Source: Takakia lepidozioides (lineage: Eukaryota; Plantae; Bryophyta). From it: a DNA stretch of 64,000 bases. Below the pieces are notes generated by a model. The model searched no databases. It saw only the letters and a program-made list of their open reading frames with translations, and was not told the DNA's origin. The DNA lies in contig CM060732.1 in the NCBI GenBank assembly GCA_030704615.1, positions 372,001-436,000 on the forward strand, given 5' to 3'. The position numbers and the translations under genes were made by a program. This document shows, one piece after another, positions 12,445 to 23,308 of this stretch (its first letter is position 1; each line of letters starts with the position of its first letter).

Positions 12445-13777
12445 TGGGGCAAAGGGAATCCTCAATATGGATATTTTCAATTGCATTTATGTATCAGACT
12501 TTTTTTTGCAGTGTAATGAAATGCACCCCAAAACTCCTGGAATGAGGCAATATTCCATTCAAATTGTGATCCAACAGAAGCAGTTGTGGGGCCATTTTCT
12601 GGAAAAATGGCGCCGAATTTCTCTATTTTGGGCTGAAAACTGGCTAAGTCCCAACATGCACTGGTACCCCTGTGTCAAGAAAAATGGCACCGAATTTCCC
12701 TGTTTTGGGCCGAAAACTGGCTAAGTCCGAACATGCTCGGGAACGATGTCTGGAAAAATGGCGCCGAATTTCCAGTTACATGGCCCAGAACTGCCCAACA
12801 TCTGTGCAATCCCTGGCACCATGTACCGAAATTCGGCGCCACATTTCCAAATTTTGGGCTTACACACCTGTCATGAGGGGACCTATAGCCGCGGAATTCG
12901 GCACCATTTTTCGCCAGAGAGACCTATTACCGTGAAATACGTCGCGATTCTTTCCGGTTACGGACCCTATTACCGCAAAATTCGGCGCCATTTTTGCACA
13001 TGTCGCTGGGAATTGGCATGAGCGGAAGACGAAATATCATGAGCACAACTCTCAAAACTACAATTTCCCCTTCAAGGTGCCAAATAATATATTTGTTTTT
13101 TCTGACACATTGCATTAAATTAATGTTTTATAATTTTTTTATTTTCAAAATTTGTACTTCTGCTCATGAAAACCGATTGTCTTGCTACTCCGCTCATGCC
13201 GCTCATGCCGCTCATGCTCATGAAATAGCTAACCTCCTATAGCATGATGGTTCATGGAGTTACAATTTTAGATTGTACCCAATTTTTTCACGTGGTTATA
13301 AAAGCACTATGACATTTTGAAATTGCGCATTGAGATGATTTTCAAGTTTATTGTGGCCATGAAATGATTCATATATGATGTGAAACATATGTTTTTTCAT
13401 TGCATTCATGATTCCATTGAAATTTGACAATTGACAGGTGACAAAATTCCCAAATTTCATATACACAATTGTTTCAAAAGTGGCGATTGCACTTCATGAA
13501 GATCACAGAAATTCATGGAAGTTTAACCTGGCAGCTAGTCATCATATATCTGCATACGGGTTCCACTCCTACCATCTTTTGATGGATGTACACCAATTAC
13601 TGGTGCAGATGGCATGTTAATAATGAGGTTCATGGTGCGGCCTGTAAGTCTTGCCATTGATCGAGTATGGGGGGGGGGGGTCCCCAGTCTTAGCAAATGT
13701 TCAGCATATTCCACCCTTCCCATCAATCGTTGTATCACATATGAATGTGCTTCTGTAATTTCTTCGGCACGTTGATT

Positions 13778-14230
13778 TTAGCGCCGTGCTGGTGAAGGTA
13801 AGTTGCCAGCAACATTGTTGTTGAAACCAAAGGCCGCATTCAATTCCGCAATTATTGTTGGGCCATCCGCCAAATGCCAATAAGGAAGACCACGCAACTG
13901 GGCATCCACTAATATGTTCCAGTTCTTCAACATTGAATTGATCGTTGATTTATATTCATCCATCATCTCTCTCGCTTTTGCATCATCCTCCTCTTCATCT
14001 GTACTATCGAATTGTATGCGTTGAGGAGGTGTATATATTCTGTGGATGCTCTTTCCATTGTGAGTTGAAATGACATCCTCCCCAGTGGTTGTTTGTTGTA
14101 TTTCTCCATATTCACCCCTGTCACAGGAGACTCTGGCATTCGGAAGAACCTATCTTTTCTTTCACTCCAATGTCCTCCAAAATGCCGGCAAAACAATTCT
14201 CTTTCTTCAGCATTGGGTATGCTTCGCGCA
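13778..14230 (-). pseudogene. Unidentified coding-like fragment (two abutting ORFs)
   Basis: ORFs 13963-14196 and 13778-13966 overlap by 4 nt and have protein-like composition; no family recognised. Confidence 0.25.
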
Positions 14231-14892
14231 CGTTTCGTGATTTCCCAGTTTGATGCAACGACGCAATGGCGTGAGCGCGCGAGCGTACGCTCACGCAGGA
14301 GTGACGTGGCGTGAGCGTGATGTAAGCAGGCTGATGTGGCGGCAAATGCTGACGTGGCCTTGCGCTATCATCTGCCACGTCAGCATGAACATGCGCCGCC
14401 TATAACCGAGGATGGTCCTATGACCGTGGGAATAATGAAGGGAATCCTTGGCTGAATACAATAAAGACTACCATGAGGCCTACAATTGCAGCATCCAACA
14501 TTGTGCAATTACAAATGTTTGTTTCACTTTTATAATTACAAGGGTTTGAAATATCCTCACAAAGTGTGCGCCATAGAGGCTGCAACAGGAAGACCTTGCT
14601 CCCTCCCCAAATAACAATGAGAGTTAGGATCATCTTCAAAAGATGGTTGCAGTGCATAGCGACAGGAAGACATGTACACTTCGAACGGTGCAATGATGAA
14701 TGTGCTTTTAAAAGTTGCCACTCAGAGCTCACTCAGTATAGTTGGAAGGATAATGAAGGGATAAGGGACGCCATATCATTGCACCACCGACGATGTTGCA
14801 AACGAATTGATTTGCATTGAATTTCCATGACAATGTTGCAGATTGCACATTTCATAGCATGATCGTCCATATACCACATGGCATAGTTGATG

Positions 14893-15184
14893 CTACCTAT
14901 GTGTTGTATCCCGCTGCAATAGAGTATCGACCTCGTTGAAACTCAGAGTGGCCTGGTGAACGAAGTTGTCACGTTTGGGATCGCAAACCATCCTCTTCAA
15001 AAATACGAAATACAAATGTTTGCAGGGTATGAATTTACCTCTCTTGCCCAAATTGGTTGATAGCATATTCACAAAATCAGGACATGTGCAATTGGGAAAA
15101 TTGGAAACCGTGATGTCGTATGCCCTGTCATGAACAGTAGATGTCGAAGTGATCATTGTGTACACCCGACCATATCCTGGATTG
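14893..15184 (-). pseudogene. 3' (SWIM) part of MULE transposase E, cut off by insertion of element C
   Basis: NPGYGRVYTMITS...PNCTCPDF...IPCKHLYFVF; joins in frame to ...EVPNPG at 23309-23330 across the TSD cctggattg. Confidence 0.88.
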
Positions 15185-15317
15185 GGGGGCTGCTATTTCA
15201 TGAGCCATGAGCCATGAGCGGCATGAGCCATGAGCAGACTCGTAACTGCCGAAAAAATCATGAGCAGTAATTTTTTTCAGAAATGATTGTCCACAGGAAT
15301 AGGGTACTTATCCGCGG

Positions 15318-17508
15318 TCATAGGATCCGCGAAAGCAATTGCGGCACCTTATTTCCACCGGGTACGTACAGTCCGATGAGAAAAGCGGCGCATGGTTTCC
15401 ATGGCACAGATGGAAACTGAAAACGGCTCCATTCATAGAGCCGCCAATCTTCATCCGTGCAAGTCCCTGTAAGGGGGGAAATCAAATATCTTGTGGAGTA
15501 TAAGCAATGAAGGGCAATGTCTGCAAACTCATTCTCATCTCCATACATAGTCTCATGAGTGCTGAAATACTGTTCCTGTAGCATCGTCCGCAATTCCTTT
15601 GCAAGGATGCCGTGCCGCCGAAATCCAATGGACCCCATTCATAAGCAGAATTTGGCACCGCATTCCAATCCACAGTTACAAATGCCAACTGGTTTCTGTT
15701 TGGCAGTACGGTAATTATCTGGTTTCCCTTGGAGCAAAGGCCCATTGAGTTGATGCAGGTCCACATCTTCTTCAGAATTGGGACGCCACTCTTACGGGTC
15801 CACTTGGCAATTCCTGCCTCTGTGTTTTTGCCTTTGCTGGCAAGGACCACCACACAACCTTTGTCATCCAATACCATGCAGGCTAGCCCAAACCCTTTCT
15901 TCCAAAAGTCCTCAGAAATACTTGCTCCAAGAGGGCACAATATCCAGTCCTTCCAGAGGCTCTCCATCTGGAATATCCAAAGATGATCAAATCAATGACC
16001 AGTCGGTCCGTTTTCCACGCCTCATGCAATTCTTCCCTTCACTTGTCATTGCAAAGAAATCCATCATGGCTACAAATCCTGGAGTGTCTACAGGCTCTTC
16101 TGCAGTCGCCTTCCTTAGAGCTTTGGCTTTCAGGCCTTCCATTTGCTTGATGTGTGCTAACTTGGCGGCCGGCCGGCCATCCAATGCCCTCAAAAAACTC
16201 TCATTCGCACACTGAATCACTGTTTTTGGCTCCAAACTTTGGCCTGCCCTTCATTTCCACTAGCTCGCATGGGTGCCCCCCCGGGAGGTTGAAGAGTGTC
16301 TTCTTTGCTGAGTCAGTTTTCACAGCTTTCATAGTAAGAGGGGTTAGAGGGGATTTTGGCTGGCCACCAAACACCGCCATCATCCTTCAGCATTTTTTTG
16401 AATTCCGTGTTGCGAGTGTGGTAGTGGGGACCCTAGGCTGCTAACTCTTCTATTGTCGGGCATGCGATCCACCTTCCTCATTCTCAATGGAAACATAGAA
16501 GGCGGCAGACCCCAGCCAATAGCCTTCTTGGAATGCGAACTTCATCTTATCCACATCCCTTGCGAGAGCAAGCCTCACTATCAGGAGGGAGACCATTCAA
16601 CAGAGTGGAATTCGCAGTGTGCAAGGGAAGACCTTGGTCCTAAGAACTCTGCCAATGCTGCTGTGAGTCTCCTCCAACATTTGATTCTCTGCACTCTGAA
16701 AATCCTCTTGCGACATTTTTGGGGGTGGGGGAAGGGGCTGTTCAGATGGACCACCCAGAGCCGTGCCTGTATTCTTGGGAATGTAGCCGGGCAGATCATG
16801 TGGGAGAATGTAGTCGTCCATACCTCCCCTATTGTCACGAAAGTCCTATTCTAGGTAGGAGAAGTCGAGCTCCCCATGTTAAGAAACAACACCTTCATCC
16901 GCTGAAAGATTGACCAGGACAGGAGTGCTAGAGATCGGTGTCGGAGCAGCTGCCCGAGCTTCTGCAGAGTTGCCCCCGGTTTCCTTCTGAAACTCCTGCA
17001 AGAACTGAGCTTCAACATGTGGAGGGGTTTTTGCTGGAGACTGCTCTGCCCTTGCTTTCGCCCCCTTCTGCTTCTTACTCTTTGCAAGGGAAGGGGACTC
17101 CTCCGTTCTCGTCCGATTCTCCACCGCCCCGTCTACTTCTTGCTCTTCGTAGGGAAGGGACTGATCCGATGGGGTAGTATATTCCTCAACAACCGCCTGA
17201 TGCTTCATGCTCTTTAATTTTTTGGAGAAGGGGACGACCCATGTTGGCGACTCTCCATCATCTTCATCGTCAAATAGCCTCTTTCTCTGCTGCTTTCGAC
17301 TTGAAACCTTTACCTTTCCAAAGCACGTCCTTGAAGAGCACAAGGTTAGGCCCGACAGGAGGACCCATGCTAGAAGGTCGAGGGTGTGTGCGGGCTGCAG
17401 TAGCTTCCTCCTTTTCGTCCTGCGGGTCTTCAGAGCCCTACGATCCCTCCACCACCTCACTATGAGGCTGTGCAACATAAGAGAAACTAAAGAGAAGAAA
17501 TGAGGCAA
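15318..17508 (-). pseudogene. Cargo gene of C: ParB/Srx-like N-terminal part plus an amino-methyltransferase-like region
   Basis: Reconstructed across frameshifts: FPCTLRIPLCRMVSLLIVRLALARDVDKMKFAFQEGYWAGSAAFYVSIEN (~16480-16640, homologous to 30280-30435); and VIDLII(x)DIPDG...VPSW...EDFWKKGFGLACMVLDDKGCVVV (~15845-16000), resembling DLIxxDPPY...RVLKPGG. Confidence 0.55.
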
Positions 17509-17884
17509 AGAATGGTGTTGGAAGGGGTGTTAGAGCAGTGAAAGAGTCACCAGCGAAAGATGACATCAAACGGCGGAGATGCACCGTATGGATTCGAAAG
17601 GTCAGGGCCTACGTGTCTCCTCGTGAGGCAGGTGGCCCCTACGTCGCTGGAAAATTGAATTCGAAGAATAGAGGTCTAGTGTCTGTTGGACAGTCAGTGA
17701 TGATGCAACGGTCCGGCATTACCGCCTCCGAATATATGTTGGCAATGACCCCTTCAACTGCCATTTCAGCCTCTATGAGTCAACAGACCAAAATGCGATG
17801 CGGCATTAGTGGCCGTTCGATCAGGATACCTCCCTACTGCATCACGAAAGAGGATAAAGATGCCAGGGAGGATGGCAGTCAGTG

Positions 17885-19718
17885 GTAAATGCGGTACCGC
17901 ATTTCCGTCCCCTTCGTGAACCCTCTTTACTGAAGGCAAGCGTGGAGGGCAGCTGGGACGGAAATACGGCACCGCTTTTCCGTCCCTATTCTCAGGATGG
18001 TAAGGCTGGATGGCTGGATTTGCGGCGGCATCCTATCATGAAGAAAAGGTTGTTTAGCAAGTTCAATGGGAATGCGGTGCCACACTTCCGTTTCGCTGTC
18101 CTGTCTGCCAGAGTAAGTGGTAGCGGGCCTGGAATGCGGCACCCGCAATTTCCGTCGAAGCTGTCATTAAGAAAATGTACAATGACAGTCCAGACGAAAA
18201 TTGGCACCGCATTTCCCTTCAAATGCCAAGTACGCAAACCGAAGTGGTCTTCTAGACGGAAATGCGGCACCGCATTTCCGTCCCACCCAAAATGAAGGGA
18301 TGGTCCACTATCAGTCCGGACGGAAATACGGTGGCGCGTTTCCGTCCAGACTCTCGGGAAAGCAATGTCTGGACGGGATGCGGCACCGCATTTCCATCTG
18401 ACCACCTGTTTAGGGATCGTACAGTTGGAGCCCAGACGGAAATGCTGGCACCGCATTTCCGTCCAGACTGTTAAAAATGCATGGTGGAATGGGAGCCCGG
18501 ACGGAAATGCGGCACCGCATCCCACCATGTATTACAAGGATACTTAGGTGTGAGTTAGGAAAGCATGGCCACTGCATTTCCATCCACAACGTAGAAAGGC
18601 ATGGTCAGTGGGACCCCAAACGGAAATGCGGCGCCGTATTTCCGTCCCACCAGGTGTTAAGGGATGCTTAGGTGTCAGTCCGGACGAAAATGCGGCAACG
18701 CATTTCCGTCTAGACTGTTAAAATGCATGGTGGAATGGGAGCCCGGACGGAAATGCGGCACCGGATTATCATCCCACCATGTGTCAAGGATGCTTAGATG
18801 TCAGTTAGGACGGAATGCGGCACCACATAATCCATCCACAATGGTAGGAAGGCAGGGTCCAGTGGATACCCGGATGGAAATGCAGTGCCCGCATTTCCTT
18901 CCCACTAGGTTAAAGTGATGGGTAGGTGTCAGTCCGGACAAAAATGCGGCAGCACATTTCCGTCGCCAGGTTCATCCCGCCCACTCTTTTCCCACAAATG
19001 ATGATCATTGTGCAAAGCGGGATGTGAGTCAGGACGGAAATGCGGGTGCCGCATTTCCGTCTCGACTGCCATCCACAAGTCGTTTGACGGTGGTTTTTTT
19101 TTTTCCCCCTCTAGTCATTCCCGCTGGATGGTAATTGCGGCGCCGCATTTTCAACCACAGGGGGGAGGGGGGAAATAACCCCTGATTCTTTTTTCCTCTA
19201 GTCATCGCCGTTGGATTTGACATGCGGTGCCGCATTTCCATCCGAAGGGGGTGAAAACAAGAAATAAAAAATTCTCAGTTTATGTTTTTTTTCTTTTTTT
19301 TCTCTTGTCATCCCCGCTAGATGGAAATGCGGCGCCGCATTTCCAACAACAGAGGGTAGAGGGGGGGGGGGTGGAAAAAGCAACCCTAACTTTATTTTTT
19401 CTTGTCATCGCCACTAAATTGAAATGCGCGCCGCATTTAACTTTATTTTTCTTGTCATCCGCCCATAAGATTGAAAGGCGCCGCCGCATTTCCGTCCATA
19501 GGGGTGGGACAAAAAAAGTTTTTGTTTTTTCTTTGTTTGTTTTCCCCCTCCCCGCCCCCCTCTAGTCATCCCCGCTGGATGGAAAGGCGGCGCCACATTT
19601 CCAACAACAGGGGATGGAAGGGGGAAAAAAAAATAACCCTAACCGTTTTTTTCCTCTTGTCATCGCCGCTGTATTGAAATGCGGCGCCGCATTCCGCCCA
19701 TAGGGGTGGGGACAAAAA

Positions 19719-19755
<37 letters not shown>

Positions 19756-21425
19756 CCCCCCCCCCCCGCCCTTAGTCATCCCGCTGGATGGAAATGCGGC
19801 GCCGCATTTCCAACAACAGGGGATAGAAGGGGGAAAAAAAAATAATCCTAACCATTTTTTTTCCTTTGTCATCGTCGCTGATTGAAATGCGTGCCGCATT
19901 TCCGTCCATAGGGGTGGGGACAAAAAAAAAATCCCCCCCCCCCCCCCCAGCTTTTTTAGTCATCCCCGCTGGATGGAAATGCGGTGCCGCATTTCCAACA
20001 ACAAGGGGTAGAAGGGGGAAAAAAATAACCCTAACCGTTTTTCTTCCTCTTGTCATCGCCGCTGGATTGAAATGCGGCGCCGCATTTCCGTCCATACGGT
20101 GGGGGGGGCCGTGGGGGGAAAAATAAAAATAAAATAAAAATTGTGGGTTTTTTTTTTTTCTTGGTTGTTCTCTAGTCATCCCCGCTGGATGGAATGCGGC
20201 GCCGCATTTCCAACAACAGGGGGAATAGAGAGGAAAAACAAAACCCTAACCTTTTTTTCCTCTTGTCATCGCCGCTGGATTGAAATGCGGCGCCGCATTT
20301 GCGTCCATAGGGGTGAAAGGCAAAAAATAAATAAATAAATGAAGTTTGTTTTTTGTTTTTTTTTTGCCCTCTCTAGTCATCCCCGTAGGATCGAAATGCG
20401 ATGCCGCATTTCCAACAACAGGGGGTAGAGGGGGGGGAAAAAATAACCGTAAAAAATTTTCTTTGCTCTCTCATCCCGCTGGATTGAATGCGGCGCCGCA
20501 TTTCGGCCTATAGGGGATAGAGAAAAAAAAATCCAAAAAAAAAACATTTCCTTGTTTTTTCTAGCTCTACCCGTTGGATGGAATGCGGTGCCGCATTTCC
20601 GACCACACGGGGTAAGAAAAAAACCAGAACCCTAATTTTTTTTCTCTATAGTCATCGTCGTTGGATAGAAATGCGGCGCCGCATTTCCAGAAGGCAATGG
20701 GTGTATGGCAGGTGGGACGGAACACTGTCATGGAGGCAAGGGTAACTGGGTAGTGGCGACTGAAATGCGGCACCGCATTTCCATCCCACTGTTATGGAGG
20801 CAAGGGTAACTGGTAGTGGGGACGGCCGAAATGCGGCACCGCATTTGCGTCCCCACTGTTATGAATGCAAGGTCTCCGGCAGTCCGGACGGAAAAGCGGC
20901 ACTGCGTTTCGTCCCCATTGTAGTGAAGGCAAGGTCCAATGGCAGTCCGGACGGCAATGCAGCATTTCCGTCCGTCCCCACTATAATGATGGCAAGGTCC
21001 AATGGCAGTCAGGACGGAAATGCGACACCGCATTTCCATCCGTCCCCACTGTCATGAAGGCAAGGTCCAATGGCAGTGGACGGAAATGCGGCACCGCATT
21101 TCCGTCCCCAATGTCATGAAGGAAGGGTCTCAGGGCAGTCTGGACGGAAATGCGAAACCGATTTTCCGTCCCTACTGTCATGAAGGAAAGGGTGTATAGT
21201 AGGTGGGACGGAAATGTTGCCACATTCGTCCTACTATTATGGAGGCAAAGGTAACTGGTAGTGGGGACTGAAATGCGGCACCGCATATCCGTCCCCATTG
21301 TCATGAAGGCAAGGTCTAATGGCAGTCCGGACGGAAATGCGGCACCGCATTTCTGTCCCCTCTGTCATGAAGGCAAGGTGTATGGCTGTCCGAACGGATA
21401 TGCGGTGCGCGGCATTTCTGTCCCA
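17885..21425. repeat. Palindrome array of element C (GGA[C/T]GGAAATGCGGCGCCGCATTTCC[G/A]TCC)
   Basis: ~60-bp period at 17885-19060 and 20700-21425; ~240-bp two-palindrome units with homopolymer tracts at 19060-20700. Confidence 0.9.
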
Positions 21426-21679
21426 TTGTCATGAAGGCACCGGTAAGTGGTAGTGGGGACGACCGTCCCCACCGCAAGCTCGAATGGCAGTCCGCCCACT
21501 CACTTCCCCAAAATCCACTGAAGGGTACATGTTGATGGCAGCCTGGACGAAAAATGCATCGTCGGAGTTCCGTCCTTGACATCCACCCATACTCGCTCCT
21601 CAGTGGATCAAATTCGGTGTCAGTCTGCGGCACCCCATATGAGGCAAGTGTTCTGCAATTCGAGTGATACACGACAACA

Positions 21680-22436
21680 TTGTGGATAGATGATAAGAAG
21701 GACCCAGTTGGGGTTGTCCATGCTCCTACTTTCACGGGAAGATTTGTCCATGCAAAGTTTGCGGAGGCGACGACGACCCAGTTCTGGTTCTGTAGGCATG
21801 ACATTATGACTTGTGTCTATGGAAAGCCCAAGTACGGCATACAAGCAGTGCCAGAGGCTCCCCGGTGTGGCGTGGTGGAACCGGGATACAATATGAGTCA
21901 GGTTGAGGCCGACGCCCTTACTGCAGCAGGATTTTGGATGGTGCAGCGCACTGACGTCCCCAGACAACCATTTCGGTTCCACAGCCTCCACCACCGACCC
22001 CTATGAGAGCAAGAAACAAATGTATGTGACAACTCTAAGCATCCTACACACCGTTGGGGAAAACCAAAGAGACGGCGACCTCCCTCAAAAGTGAACGAGA
22101 CAAGGATGGGGAATGCACTTGGGATGAACTATACAATCCAGAACTCAACATAAATGCCCCCACCAGGCTTCGGGCGTGTGTATCAGATGGCCACGGCAGG
22201 CTTAGTTGTCCGCAATGAGGTGTACACCATCACCATTTCAGAATTACCCACCTGCAATTGCACGACTTCCAGATCATGGCGAAGAAGGGGGCATCATACT
22301 GCCCTTACAAGCATCTGTACTACGTGTACCTAAAGAGCCTCTGGTATAATTCCACAACTCATCACTTCATACATGCACTAGCGTTGAGCCCCGACGAGAT
22401 GTACACTCTTCTGAATATGGATCCAGGGGACCAGTG
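21680..22436 (+). pseudogene. C-terminal (SWIM) remnant of the transposase of C
   Basis: APTFTGRF...QFWFCRHDIMTCVYGKPKYG, then PPPGFGRVY...PTCNC...KHLYYVY; homologous to the A/B/D C-terminus. Confidence 0.8.
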
Positions 22437-23308
22437 AGCTTGGCTTGCGGGGCCACAAGACAATGTTACGCCCATCTTTTCGGAGTTTCAGTTATAGTAG
22501 AACTGTACTACTGCAAGTACCTCTAACTTTGGCTACAGAAAGGTTTGACTTATGTCTTGTCTACCAGTAACCTATTTTGGTCATCAAACTAGATAATACT
22601 ATGTCATTACCTTCTGTTTCCACGTGCCTGGATTTTTGTTTTTTTGGGGGTTCTTGTTTTTTCTGCCTCCCAAACTTTGCTTATCTCATTCGACCCCCGG
22701 CAAGAAAATGCGGCGCCGCAGTTCCAAGTAACGTAGTAGGTACTGGTAGTTGCAGCCTTGGTCATAGTAAGATAATCGCACGAGTCTTCAGGGCGCCGAC
22801 CGTCGAGAACATTGAACCCCTTAGAATTCTCGCACGTGCGAACCGTAATGCGGCACCGCATTTCCTAGTGGAGTGGCAAACCTTTCCCACAGAATGCAGG
22901 AAGAAGCAAGAATTTTCAAGCACTGCAGACTGTGTTGTTGCATGGGGATCATACAATCGTGACAGAAGGGTCAGCTTCATTCCAATGTTAGGGCATATAA
23001 AACCGCGGAATACTCTATACACGCCAGTATACAGCGTCCTTTTGCTGTGGTATACTGGATTTCTCATTGCACGGTCAGTTTTTTTCCATGAGCATATCTT
23101 TGCCGCATTATAGGATCTGGAACTTCCAAAAACAGCAATGTCAAATTAAAAAGTATTATTTTAATACTTTTTTAATCTGCCGCATTTCCAAATTTGGAGA
23201 AGTCCGCTCATGAAAACCGCGTATCTTAGACTTCGGCTCACCGCTCATGCGGCTCATGCGGCTCATGGCTCATGGCTCATGGTTTCTGCTCATGAAATAG
23301 TAAACCTC

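Larger units (their letters stand above)
9381..13236 (+). mobile_element. MULE copy B (family A, inverted relative to A, left end missing)
   Basis: Reverse-complement match to A 672-5700; ends gctcatgaaatagctaacctc at 13236; no left terminal repeat or TSD found. Confidence 0.85.
15185..23308 (+). mobile_element. MULE-like element C (second family), both ends and a perfect 9-bp TSD
   Basis: Left end gggggctgctatttcatgagc, right end gctcatgaaatagtaaacctc; cctggattg at 15176-15184 and 23309-23317. Confidence 0.92.

Noticed and set aside
672-13236. One single element with multi-kb TIRs
   Set aside because: A has its own right end and TSD at 8130; the outer flanks do not match.
15590-15645. GPLDFGGT / RRHGILAKE as methyltransferase motifs I-II in cargo C
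   Set aside because: Weak resemblance in two overlapping frames; not counted as evidence.
17885-21425. CRISPR array (30-bp palindromic repeat, ~30-bp spacers)
   Set aside because: Spacers are related or duplicated, repeats are degenerate, there are no cas genes, and the context is a eukaryotic transposon; better described as a palindrome minisatellite.
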